Assembly: GCA_903872345.1 (NCBI GenBank)
Contig: CAIQKM010000017.1
Span: 15,690-79,689, forward strand
Direction: 5' to 3'
Source: an uncultured Verrucomicrobia subdivision 3 bacterium
Lineage (GTDB): Bacteria > Verrucomicrobiota > Verrucomicrobiia > Limisphaerales > UBA11358
DNA length: 64,000 nucleotides
How positions within the stretch are numbered: position 1 is the first letter of the stretch; each line of letters starts with the position of its first letter. The translations under genes were made by a program, and so were the position numbers. The notes under the pieces were generated by a model. That model was not told where the DNA came from. It searched no databases and worked only from the letters and a program-made list of their open reading frames with translations. This document shows positions 14,654-24,172 of the stretch, piece by piece.

Positions 14654-17164
14654 TTACCGTTTGCGCTTCGCTTCCGCGCGGCGGCGGACGTAGGCGAAGG
14701 TGCCGAGGGCAACGAGCAGGCCGGTGAAGCCGAGGCCGACGATGAAGGACTTGCGGTCCACGATGCCCAATTCGACAAGCAGGTAGCTGCCCAGTCCGCA
14801 CCCGGCCAGGCCGCCGACGAGCAGCCGCCAGCGCGAGCGGAACGGCGCGAGCACCATAAACACCACGGCGGCCGTCAGGTAGAGCCAGACGTCCAATCGC
14901 ACATGGGCGTCGTTGCGGTGGCCCATGGCATTGACGAACAGCGCGCTCAACGTGTGAACGATGACGAGCACTTCCAGCAATTTGCCGGCGCGACGCAAGT
15001 CGAGGCTGGCGGAGCGTTCCACGAGCAGCATCAGTCCGAGAAAAAACATGCCGTTGAGCACGAAGGAAAAGGCTTCGAGCCGTTGGTGATCGAAATAGGC
15101 CCAGCGCGCACCATTCACGCCGAGCAGGGTCAGGGTGGGTCCGTTCAAGGCGATGACGTCGAGGCCCACAACGATGGCCAGCATGGCGACAAGATGGAAC
15201 GGGAGCGTCCAGCGCACGCGGCCTTTGCGTTCCAGCAGGAGGGCGACCGGTTCCATGGCGGCAAGCGGCAGGCACCAGAGCGCTTGAATTTCCGGCTTTT
15301 GGTCGAGCCAGTTGAAACACAATAACAGGCTAAGATAACTGGTGGTGGCGAGCGTGGCGGTGGTCCAGGCGAAGCCGGTCATTTTCAACCGCCACAAACT
15401 GAAGGCGGACAGGGCCAGCGCCGTGAAGGATGCGGCCAGCACCTGTTGATTGGTGAAGGTGCCGGTGAATAGTTGTTTGACTCCGTCGGGTGGCACGGAA
15501 AACCAGCCGAGTTCAGCCAGCAAAGCAAGAATGCACGGAGCCATGGCGAGCAAGGCGCCGGCCAGAAAGGTGGCGGCGGCGAGCGTTTCGCGTTCGCGCC
15601 GGGCAATCCCGCCGGCAAGCCCGAGGGTCAAAGTGAAATACGCGGGCAGCGCCCAGCGCCAGGTGGGGCCGAGGTCGTTGCGGAGCATCCACACGGTGAG
15701 GACGGTGGCCACCACGGCGAGCCAGGTGGCGCCGGACAGGATGGTCTGCAAGGGGGTGATGCGGCGGGCATCAATGATCCAGTGATCTTCATCGGCGAGC
15801 AGGCGACGGTGGATGGTTTCGAGCGCGTCGCGCTCCTCGCGGGAAATGATGCCCTGACTTTCCCAGCCGCGCGCCTGGCCGGAATATTCGCTGATGCTGC
15901 GGCGGAGAAGGTCGTCGTAAAGTTTGGGCTTTAGGCGGACGGGTTCGCCCACCAGAAAACGGCCGAGTTCGGCGGCGACTTCGGCGGCGGTGGGGCGGTC
16001 GTCCGCATCCCACGCGAGACAGGCGAGGCATACGGCCTGCAAATCCTCGGGCACGCCGAGGGCGACTTCACGCAAAAACGGCGGGGCGGTGGTGGCGATG
16101 GCTTCAAAAACCTGCGCGGCGGTTTCGCCCTCAAAGGCGGATCGGCCGGTCAGCACTTTGAACATGAGGCTGCCGAAGGAGAAGACATCGGAGGCGGTGG
16201 TGAGGGGCTGGCCGCGCACCTGTTCGGGCGAGGCGTAGAGTGGAGTACCGGCGAATCCCCCACCCTGCCGGCCGGCTTCTTCCAGCGACAGGGCCAGCCC
16301 AAAATCCAGAATGCGCGGGCGCAGGTCGGGGCCGACGAGAATGTTGTCCGGCTTGAGATCGCGATGGATGAGGCCGCGTTCATGGGCGACGGCGAGGCCG
16401 CGCGCGACTTCGCGAAGGAGCCCGGCCTGCTGCGCGAAATTCAAATGGGCGGCAAAGCGGTCCAGCGGAAAGCCCTCGACCAATTCCATGACGATGGCGG
16501 GCGGGTCCGTTTCATCGAGCACGGAAAAAATCGTGACGATGGCAGGATCGCTGAGAGCGGCGGCTTTGCGGGCCTCGTCGAGCAGGCGGCGGCGCAAGGG
16601 TTCATCGGCACGGTGACGCAGGATTTTTACGGCGACGCGACGGTTGAGTTTTTCATCGTGCGCCGCATAGACGAGGCCAAGGCTGCCTTCGCCCAGCGGG
16701 CGCTCGATACGAAAGCCGGGCAGCGCGGGCGGAAGATTTTCCTGACCAACGGAAACCGGTTCGGTGCGGGAACGGAGCTGGCGGACGCAGAGAGCCGCTT
16801 CGATGCGCTCGCGGGCTTCGCGCTGCAATGCGGCCGGGAGCGTGGCGATATAATCATCCACGCGCTGATCCGCTGCCGGGCCGGACTCACGCAAAAACGT
16901 TTCGGCATAGGCCGCAGCATTGAGCACGGTGGTGTGCCGGGGCAAGGGGGTGGCGCCTTGCGCGGGTGAAGATTGCTTTTGTTCGGTACGGGTGCGGAGA
17001 AAACCGCCGGCCTCGTCATGGGCGCGCAGCAGGGACTCAACTTCCCGGCGCAGTTCGGGGGACCGGGCGCAGTGGCGGGCGACAAACTCCGTGCGCGCAC
17101 CGGCCGGCAGTTCAACCGCCCGGGCAAACACGGCTTCGGCATCGGCCGGAGATGGATTCAGCAC
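14654..17164 (-). CDS. Ser/Thr protein kinase with C-terminal multi-TM domain
   Basis: Kinase motifs GEGSLGLVY, VAVKIL, HRDLKPDNILV, DFGLA and SPEQ, followed by about 10 hydrophobic helices. The start is uncertain: GTG at 17164 is preferred, and the ORF extends to 17389 with non-protein-like sequence. Confidence 0.85.
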   Translation of the reverse strand: MLNPSPADAEAVFARAVELPAGARTEFVARHCARSPELRREVESLLRAHDEAGGFLRTRTEQKQSSPAQGATPLPRHTTVLNAAAYAETFLRESGPAADQRVDDYIATLPAALQREARERIEAALCVRQLRSRTEPVSVGQENLPPALPGFRIERPLGEGSLGLVYAAHDEKLNRRVAVKILRHRADEPLRRRLLDEARKAAALSDPAIVTIFSVLDETDPPAIVMELVEGFPLDRFAAHLNFAQQAGLLREVARGLAVAHERGLIHRDLKPDNILVGPDLRPRILDFGLALSLEEAGRQGGGFAGTPLYASPEQVRGQPLTTASDVFSFGSLMFKVLTGRSAFEGETAAQVFEAIATTAPPFLREVALGVPEDLQAVCLACLAWDADDRPTAAEVAAELGRFLVGEPVRLKPKLYDDLLRRSISEYSGQARGWESQGIISREERDALETIHRRLLADEDHWIIDARRITPLQTILSGATWLAVVATVLTVWMLRNDLGPTWRWALPAYFTLTLGLAGGIARRERETLAAATFLAGALLAMAPCILALLAELGWFSVPPDGVKQLFTGTFTNQQVLAASFTALALSAFSLWRLKMTGFAWTTATLATTSYLSLLLCFNWLDQKPEIQALWCLPLAAMEPVALLLERKGRVRWTLPFHLVAMLAIVVGLDVIALNGPTLTLLGVNGARWAYFDHQRLEAFSFVLNGMFFLGLMLLVERSASLDLRRAGKLLEVLVIVHTLSALFVNAMGHRNDAHVRLDVWLYLTAAVVFMVLAPFRSRWRLLVGGLAGCGLGSYLLVELGIVDRKSFIVGLGFTGLLVALGTFAYVRRRAEAKRKR

Positions 17165-17481
17165 GCTGGACACCTGTGGCGGACTGTAGCATTGCGGTGC
17201 GATGGGCTCAAACCTTCTCTGGCGGAGCGCGACTGTGTCAAAGACCGGTCGCAGCAAGGTGGCCAGCCGGCAGACCCGACAAGTTGTCTGAACCGGTTGA
17301 ATGAGAACGTTGCTGCGGCTGGCTTTCAGCCCAGCCGCGCTCCGGCAACAAGGGCTGGAAAAATGTAAAAAATAAATGATCCGTTTCACCGGCCGATTGC
17401 GCTTTGGCTTTATGAAGGGCCGGTGGTATGCCGGCGGGACAAACGAACGGAAACGGTGTAAATTTAAACCAAAGACTATCT

Positions 17482-18150
17482 ATGAAAAACTGGGCGTGGC
17501 TCGTGGCGGGGTTGTATTGTTTGATTCTCATTGTACTCACAGTGCCGGTGGGTTGGGCGGCTTTCGCGCCGCATACCACGATAAAAGAAACGGCCACGGC
17601 GCTCATCTCGTGGCAATACTGGCTGTGGCTGGCGGTGATGCTGGCCGGGCAGGTGGCGCTACTCGCGGTGCCGGTGCGGGTGGCCGGCATGCGGCCGGTG
17701 ACGCGGGGGCCGGTGTGGCGCACCGTGCTGGCCGGCGGCTTGATGGCGGGCGGACTGGGCGGCGGGGCGTTTCTTTCGATTTTTGAGTTTATCTTTCGTG
17801 ACAAAATCAATTTAAATTACCCGCTCTGGATCGCCATCGGCCTGGGCGTGCTGACGTGGATTGTGTGGGCGATCATCTTTGCGCGGATGGGGCGTACAGC
17901 CGCTCCGACGGATCTGGTGACGCGGCAATGTCAGTGGCTGTTCAAAGGCAGCATTTTGGAACTGCTGATTGCCGTGCCCACACACATCGTGGCCCGGTAC
18001 CGGGATTATTGCTGCGCGGGGGTGCTGACCTTCATCGGCCTGACGATGGGCTTCTCCGTGATGCTGTTTTCCTTCGGGCCGGCGGTGTTCTTTCTGGCGG
18101 CGGCGCGGTGGAAGCGGTTGCATCCTAAATCGCAGGATTTACCTGAGTGA
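17482..18150 (+). CDS. polytopic membrane protein, unknown function
   Basis: Internal ATG at 17482 (MKNWAWLVAGLYCLILIVL...). About 6 hydrophobic helices. Ends 22 nt before cobA/hemD. Confidence 0.5.
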   Translation: MKNWAWLVAGLYCLILIVLTVPVGWAAFAPHTTIKETATALISWQYWLWLAVMLAGQVALLAVPVRVAGMRPVTRGPVWRTVLAGGLMAGGLGGGAFLSIFEFIFRDKINLNYPLWIAIGLGVLTWIVWAIIFARMGRTAAPTDLVTRQCQWLFKGSILELLIAVPTHIVARYRDYCCAGVLTFIGLTMGFSVMLFSFGPAVFFLAAARWKRLHPKSQDLPE

Positions 18151-18172
18151 ATACTTTGCATAAACTGTCCGA

Positions 18173-19699
18173 GTGAAATCTCATGGGACTGTTTATCTGG
18201 TCGGGGCCGGCCCCGGCGACGCGGGTTTGCTGACGTTGCGCGGAGCGGAATTGCTCCGGCGCGCGGAAGTGGTCATTTGCGACGTGCTGGTCAATCCGGA
18301 ACTGCTGCGGCTGACGCCGCCGGGTGCGGAAATCATTGCGCGCGGCAACCACAAACGCGATGGCGGTCTCTCCCAGGAAGAACTCACGGAGCTCATGGTG
18401 GATCGCGCCAAAGCCGGCAAAAACGTGGTGCGGCTCAAGGGCGGCGATCCGTATATTTTCGGCCGGGGCGGTGAGGAAGCCCAGCGGCTGGCCAAAGAGA
18501 AAATTCCGTTTGAAGTCGTCCCCGGGGTTTCCTCCGTGGTGGCGGCGGCGAATTACGCGGGCATTCCCCTCACCCACCGGGATCATTGCTCCAGCTTCAC
18601 GGTTTTCACGGGGCACAGCGATTCGGCCGATCCGCACACCGCATTGCGCTATGAACAAATCGCGAAGATTCCCGGCACCAAGGTGGTGCTCATGGGGGTG
18701 CATAATCTCGCGGACTGGACGAAGTCGTTGATCACCCAGGGGATGCCGCCCAAGACGCCGGTGGCGGTGGTGCATCGCGGCACGACCGGCCGGCAAAAAA
18801 CCGCCGCCGGCACGCTGGTCACCATCGCAGGCCTGGTTGAAAAAGCAAAAATTGTTCCGCCCGCCATTACCATTATAGGCGACGTAGTCAACTTGCGCGA
18901 CGAGCTCAACTGGTTTGAACACAAGCCGCTGTTTGGGCAGCGCATCGTCATTACGCGGCGCACGGAACAGGCCGGTTCCTTTGCCACGCGACTGGCGGAA
19001 CTGGGCGCGGATGTCATGGAAGTGCCAACCATCAAGATTTCCGAGCCGCTGGAACGCATGGCGGTGGTGGAAGCGCTGTTGGAAATCAATTCGTACGAAT
19101 GGCTGATCTTCACCAGCGCCAACGGGGTGAAAGCGTTCTTCGACCTCTTTTTCAAGCAGTTCAAGGACATGCGGGATATCGGCGGCGCGCGCATTGCGGC
19201 GGTTGGTCCCGCCACGGCGGCCAAGCTGGCCGAATATCATTTGCAGGTGGATCTGACGCCGGATGAGTTTACCGGCGCGAAGGTGGCCGAGGCCTTCATG
19301 AAGTATCAGAACATCGAGAACGTGAAGATGTGCATTTTCCGCGCCGAAGTGGCGGGTCGCGAGCTGGTGGAAGCCTTGCAGGAAAATGGCGCGATCATTG
19401 ATGACATCCCCGTGTACCGGACCGAGCCCGACACCGAGGATCGCACCGGCGCCGGCGCGCGGTTGCTGGAGGAAGGGGCGGACTGGGTGACGTTCACCAG
19501 CAGTTCCACCGTAGAGCATTTCCATGCGCGGTTTGACCTGCCGAAACTGCGGAAGCAATTTCCGCAATTAAAGATCGCGTCCATCGGACCGGAGACCAGC
19601 AAGGCCATCCGCGCGCTGAAACTGGAGCCGACGCTGGAAGCCAAAGTGCATACGACGGAGGGATTGGTGGCGGCGCTGCTCAAAGCGGTGAAGGCTTGA
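18173..19699 (+). CDS. cobA/hemD: uroporphyrinogen-III C-methyltransferase fused to uroporphyrinogen-III synthase
   Basis: The N-terminal VYLVGAGPGDAGLLTLRGAELLRRAEVVICD is the SUMT signature. The C-terminal roughly 250 aa is HemD-like (LFGQRIVITR...FTSANGV...FTSSSTV). Confidence 0.85.
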   Translation: MKSHGTVYLVGAGPGDAGLLTLRGAELLRRAEVVICDVLVNPELLRLTPPGAEIIARGNHKRDGGLSQEELTELMVDRAKAGKNVVRLKGGDPYIFGRGGEEAQRLAKEKIPFEVVPGVSSVVAAANYAGIPLTHRDHCSSFTVFTGHSDSADPHTALRYEQIAKIPGTKVVLMGVHNLADWTKSLITQGMPPKTPVAVVHRGTTGRQKTAAGTLVTIAGLVEKAKIVPPAITIIGDVVNLRDELNWFEHKPLFGQRIVITRRTEQAGSFATRLAELGADVMEVPTIKISEPLERMAVVEALLEINSYEWLIFTSANGVKAFFDLFFKQFKDMRDIGGARIAAVGPATAAKLAEYHLQVDLTPDEFTGAKVAEAFMKYQNIENVKMCIFRAEVAGRELVEALQENGAIIDDIPVYRTEPDTEDRTGAGARLLEEGADWVTFTSSSTVEHFHARFDLPKLRKQFPQLKIASIGPETSKAIRALKLEPTLEAKVHTTEGLVAALLKAVKA

Positions 19700-19714
19700 G
19701 GCAGAAAATAGTGG

Positions 19715-19760
19715 GAACGCTCGCCTCACCCCGGCCTTCTCCCCGTTGCTGGGGAGAGGA
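19715..19760 (-). repeat. intergenic repeat family A copy (inverted orientation)
   Basis: The reverse complement reads tcctctccccagcaacggggagaaggccggggtgaggcgagcgttc. Confidence 0.7.
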
Positions 19761-19838
19761 TTTTACTTTGGCCCATTTTTGATTATTCGCCCACCGGTCC
19801 GACCCATCCAGCCGCTTGATTCACTAAATAGGCGGGAA

Positions 19839-19893
19839 CCGTTTCTCCTTCTCCTCGGGGGAGAAGGCCGGGATGAGGGCGAGCGTCACACCA
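19839..19893 (+). repeat. intergenic repeat family A copy
   Basis: ccgtttctccttctcctcgggggagaaggccgggatgagggcgagcgtcacacca. Forms an inverted pair with 19715-19760. A partial third copy lies at 20009-20023. Confidence 0.7.
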
Positions 19894-20040
19894 TTATTTG
19901 CACCAAAAACAGCCTTAATTTTTTCGGTCGCCCGCCCGCACCATGAACCGCTTTCGTTTTCCTTTCGGGTTCAAGGGTTCAAGGCGCGAAATTCGATATC
20001 GGGGAATTCTCACCCCGGCCCTCAGAGGTTTGAAGCGAGG

Positions 20041-20553
20041 TTAATTTCCATCTTTAATTAAGGCTTTCTGTACAGAATCTGAAAGTCGTGAATAAACCTG
20101 ACGTGGAACGGGACAGGGAAACGACTGCGGGCCATAAGTACCTGACGAACCTTGGGAATCTACCCGCAGCAACCACAAATAATTGGAACCGTCGTAGCAC
20201 CATGCCTGTGATTGATTTTCAATATATACGAACCAACCTGGCTGTGCTCTCCACCCCTCTGAGGCATAAGTGTTGGTAAGTGCTCCTGTCCAAGTGGCAA
20301 TTGTGGAGCCATCGGAGCCACCAGTCCTCACGTGATCCAGATACTGACCGCGCACAAGCTTAAACGGTTGGTTGGTTCCGGCAATGGACACCTCCCAGAC
20401 TCCATCTTGTGACCGAAATTGACCAAACTGTGTGACAAGCCAGTTGGTAGTCATTGGCGTTATTGTAGAACTCGAATGAGTGCGAGTGCAGGCAGTGAAG
20501 CCAAGTGTGAACCCAAAAGCCAGAATGATGCAAGCGCGCATAATATTTTGCAC
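20041..20553 (-). CDS. hypothetical lipoprotein (AT-richer islet)
   Basis: The leader MRACIILAFGFTLGFTAC is a signal peptide plus lipobox-like Cys. No recognisable domain. Base composition is visibly AT-richer than the flanks. Confidence 0.45.
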   Translation of the reverse strand: MQNIMRACIILAFGFTLGFTACTRTHSSSTITPMTTNWLVTQFGQFRSQDGVWEVSIAGTNQPFKLVRGQYLDHVRTGGSDGSTIATWTGALTNTYASEGWRAQPGWFVYIENQSQAWCYDGSNYLWLLRVDSQGSSGTYGPQSFPCPVPRQVYSRLSDSVQKALIKDGN

Positions 20554-20820
20554 AGACCACTAATAACCATCCGCTTAGCGCGGTGGATCAATCTTTGTGA
20601 ATCCAAATGTAGAGAACTGAGTTGCGTTGTCAATCCATACCCAGTGCTCATTCTTTGCTAAAGCGTGCATGAAGAACGGCATGACTAGACCGAATGATCG
20701 CTAGCGCCAAGAGGATATCGGTGGCGGCGTTGGTATTGAATTTGCCCCGTAACCAGTTTTGGTGATTCTTCTAGCATTGGTTATGCGCTAATTTATGCCA
20801 TTCCTAAACCATACCAAGCC

Positions 20821-23800
20821 ATGATCCGCCCTGCCCTGCTCGTTCTGACTTTGCTCCTGTCTGCTTTGACCGGGCCAACCACTTCCGCCGCCGCCACGCT
20901 GGCGCTGGACGGGCCATGGCGGTTTGCCCTTGATCGTACCGATGCCGGGCTCACGGAAAACTGGCCGGCCAAAAATCTGCCGGACACCATTCAATTGCCC
21001 GGCATTTTGGAATCCCAAGGTTATGGCGACGCAATCAGCACGCAAACCCCGTGGGTGCTCTCGCTGTACGATCATTTCTGGTATCTCCGCGCGAATTACG
21101 CAGCATACACGAATGCAGGCAGCGTGAAGGTGCCGTTCATCTGCCAGCCGGTGCGGCATTATCTCGGGGCGGCGTGGTATCAGCGGGACTTTGCGGTGCC
21201 CGCCAGTTGGAGCGGACAGCACATCACCTTGTTTCTGGAGCGGCCGCATTGGAAATCCACGGTCTGGCTGGATGGCAAGGAGATCGGCTCCGACCTCAGC
21301 CTGTGTACGCCGCATGAATATGATTTCGGCCTGCTGGCCACTGGCACGCATCACCTCACCATCCGCGTGGACAACCGGATGGTTTTGCCCTACCGGCCGG
21401 ATGCGCATAGCGTTTCCGATTCACTGGATGATGCGTGGAACGGGATCATTGGCAAAATCGAATTGCGCGCCACCGCGCCGGTCTGGATTGCGGAACTGCA
21501 AGTCTTCCCCCATGCGGCAACCAAGTCCATCACCGTTCGCGGCAAGCTAGGCAATGCCGGCGGCCAGACTGGCACGAACCGGATGGTGTTTGCGATTACC
21601 CCCTATGATTTTTCCGCCTCGCCCCAGATCATCGCCACCACGCAGATTCCCGTGAGCTGGGACAATGGCGGCGGCACTTTTGAAACTGAAATCGCCCTCC
21701 CGGCGGATGCGGGACTGTGGGATGAATTTCATCCCACGCTCTACCGGGTGGTGGCCTCGCTGGAAAACCAGGACAATGCCGCCACCGCCTTCGGTCTGCG
21801 CGACCTCGGCGCCGGGCCGCATGAATTCATCCTGAACGGTCATCCCATTTATCTGCGCGGCACCCATTTTGGCGGGGATTTTCCGCTCACGGGATATCCG
21901 CCTACCGATGTTCAATCTTGGAAGAAGATTTTTCAGACGTGCCAGGATTGGGGGCTGAATCATATGCGCTTCCATTCGTGGTGTCCGCCGGAAGCGGCGT
22001 TTACGGCGGCGGATGAACTGGGCTTTTACCTGCAAGTGGAGTGCGGCATGTGGAACAGTTTTGCCGTGGGCGGCCCCATTGAAAAGATGCTCTACAGCGA
22101 AACGGATCGCATTATAAAAAATTACGGCAACCATCCCTCGCTGCTGCTGGTTTCGGCCAGCAACGAAGCGTCGGGGCATTGGAAGGAAATACTGCCGCTG
22201 TGGGTAAAGCATTATCGCGCCGCCGATCCGCGCCATCTCTACACGCCCTGCACCGGCTGGCTGACCATTGATTCGCCCCGGCAATCATTGGATGGCGGGG
22301 CGGATTATCTGGTCTGTGGCCGGGTTGGCACCGGACGCACGCGCGGCGAAACCGGCTGGTTCGGCCGCGATTACCGCAGCTCGCTGCAAGGCCTCGGCGT
22401 GCCAATGGTGGCGCATGAACTCGGCCAGTGGGTGGCGTATCCGGACTTTGATATTATCCAAAAATTCACGGGGTTCATGCAGCCCGGGAATTATGAAATC
22501 TTCCGCGACTCCGCCGCCGCCCATGGTGTGCTGGCGCAAAACCATGAATTCGCGGCAGCCTCGGGTCATTTTCAGACCGCGTGCTACAAGGAGGAAATCG
22601 AGGCGAACCTGCGCACGCCGGAGTTGTCCGGGTTTCAATTGCTCGACCTCCACGATTACACCGGCCAGGGCACCGCGCTGGTCGGTTTGCTGGATCCGTT
22701 CTGGCAGAGCAAAGGTTATGTGACGCCGGCGGAATTCAAAAAATATTGCAACACGGTCGTTCCCCTCGCGCGGCTGCGGCAGCGGGTGTTCACCACGGCG
22801 GATACCTTTGAAGTTCCCGTCGAGGCGGCCAACTTCAGTTCCGGACTGCTGACAAATGCGGTCATGAACTGGAGCATCGTGGATGCCGCCGGCCATACAA
22901 TCGTTCTAGGTGCCGGCACGCCGACCACCCTGCCCCTCGGCAAAAGTTTTGACATCGGCACCATCACGGCGGATCTGGCCAAGCTCACCGCTCCGGCGCA
23001 ATACAAGCTGTGCGTGACGCTCGCCACCGCTGACGCCAGCTTTACGAATGACTGGAATTTCTGGCTCTACCCCGCGCAGATTTCCACCGCCGCCGCGCCC
23101 GATATTTTTGTGACCAGTTCATGGGACGCGGCTGAGAAAAAACTGGCGACGGGCGACAAAGTATTATTCACGCCGCGCCAAGCCGATCTCGCCTGGGACA
23201 GTCCGCCGCTCGCGCGTCTGCCCGTGTTCTGGAATGCGCTCATGGGCCCGACTTGGACCCGTTTGCTGGGGCTTTGGTGCGATGTGTCGCATCCCGCGCT
23301 GGCCGGTTTCCCCACGGAAGCCGGTTGCGACTGGCAGTGGAGCGATTTGCTCAACCGCACCCGTGCCATCAATCTGGATCATTTGCCACGCGACCTAAAA
23401 CCCATCGTCTCCGCCATTGACGACTGGAATCGCAACTACAAGTTGGGCGTGATCTTTGAGGCGCGCGTCGGCACCGGTAAACTGCTCGTGAGCGCCATTG
23501 ACCTGGATGAGCGGCCCGGGACGCAGGCCCTGCGGCGTTCGCTGCTGGATTACATGGCCGGCGACCGGTTTCAGCCGGCCACCGAAGTCAGCAGCGCCGC
23601 CATGCGTGGCCTGTTTTTCGACAATCTGGTCATGCGCAAGCTGGGTGCCACGGTTACCGCCAATGGGGAACCGGCGGATGAATTGGTGGATGGCGACCCC
23701 AATACGTTCTGGGGCAGCGCGGATGCCAAAGGCAACGGCCCGATGCCGCCGCACGTGATCCGGGTTGATTTTGCGAAGCCCGTTGCCATGACGGGTCTGG

Positions 23801-24156
23801 TGCTCATGCCGCGTCAAAATCAACGCGAGCATCAGGGCGATATCCGCGAGTATCAAGTGGAAGCCAGCGAGGATGGCACCCGCTGGCAACCGGTCACGCA
23901 CGGCCAATTGCCTTCCACCTATGATCCGCAGACGATTGCTTTTGGCCAGATGCTCACGACCAGCCATTTGAAGTTCACTGCGCTATCCGGGTTTGGCCGT
24001 GATCAATCGGCGGGGCTGGCGGAGATTTCCATTTTGTATGCCGGGCCGAAGTTGCCGGAGAATCAGGGCAATATGGAATACCAGCACGTCCGCACGGCTT
24101 CCACGGATATTGATGCGGGCGGGGATGCGCCGGTGAAGAAGAGGAAGAATAACTGA
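20821..24156 (+). CDS. glycoside hydrolase family 2-like enzyme with C-terminal discoidin (F5/8 type C)-like domain
   Basis: Signal peptide. GH2-like N-terminal sugar-binding region (LDGPWRFALD, WYQRDF, FLERPHWKSTVWLDGKEIG). TIM-barrel region (NHMRFHSWCPPE, SASNEA). C-terminal VDGDPNTFWGS motif. Confidence 0.8.
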   Translation: MIRPALLVLTLLLSALTGPTTSAAATLALDGPWRFALDRTDAGLTENWPAKNLPDTIQLPGILESQGYGDAISTQTPWVLSLYDHFWYLRANYAAYTNAGSVKVPFICQPVRHYLGAAWYQRDFAVPASWSGQHITLFLERPHWKSTVWLDGKEIGSDLSLCTPHEYDFGLLATGTHHLTIRVDNRMVLPYRPDAHSVSDSLDDAWNGIIGKIELRATAPVWIAELQVFPHAATKSITVRGKLGNAGGQTGTNRMVFAITPYDFSASPQIIATTQIPVSWDNGGGTFETEIALPADAGLWDEFHPTLYRVVASLENQDNAATAFGLRDLGAGPHEFILNGHPIYLRGTHFGGDFPLTGYPPTDVQSWKKIFQTCQDWGLNHMRFHSWCPPEAAFTAADELGFYLQVECGMWNSFAVGGPIEKMLYSETDRIIKNYGNHPSLLLVSASNEASGHWKEILPLWVKHYRAADPRHLYTPCTGWLTIDSPRQSLDGGADYLVCGRVGTGRTRGETGWFGRDYRSSLQGLGVPMVAHELGQWVAYPDFDIIQKFTGFMQPGNYEIFRDSAAAHGVLAQNHEFAAASGHFQTACYKEEIEANLRTPELSGFQLLDLHDYTGQGTALVGLLDPFWQSKGYVTPAEFKKYCNTVVPLARLRQRVFTTADTFEVPVEAANFSSGLLTNAVMNWSIVDAAGHTIVLGAGTPTTLPLGKSFDIGTITADLAKLTAPAQYKLCVTLATADASFTNDWNFWLYPAQISTAAAPDIFVTSSWDAAEKKLATGDKVLFTPRQADLAWDSPPLARLPVFWNALMGPTWTRLLGLWCDVSHPALAGFPTEAGCDWQWSDLLNRTRAINLDHLPRDLKPIVSAIDDWNRNYKLGVIFEARVGTGKLLVSAIDLDERPGTQALRRSLLDYMAGDRFQPATEVSSAAMRGLFFDNLVMRKLGATVTANGEPADELVDGDPNTFWGSADAKGNGPMPPHVIRVDFAKPVAMTGLVLMPRQNQREHQGDIREYQVEASEDGTRWQPVTHGQLPSTYDPQTIAFGQMLTTSHLKFTALSGFGRDQSAGLAEISILYAGPKLPENQGNMEYQHVRTASTDIDAGGDAPVKKRKNN

Positions 24157-24172
24157 CGGACGAAATCCGGTG

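Noticed and set aside
12881-15325. 814-aa ORF on the + strand, the longest unexplained ORF in the track
   Set aside because: It runs antisense across two strongly supported minus-strand genes (disulfide reductase and Ser/Thr kinase). Its translation is Arg/His/Pro/Gln-rich low complexity with no motifs. This is a typical shadow ORF of a high-GC genome.
14654-17389. Full-length ORF-track coordinates for several genes (kinase to 17389; also 25458, 62168, 32855, 56573, 50921, 14416, 2825, 4144)
   Set aside because: The track starts at the most upstream ATG/GTG/TTG. The upstream extensions translate to non-protein-like sequence, and canonical N-termini or signal peptides begin at internal starts, so I trimmed them. 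The exact starts remain unverified.
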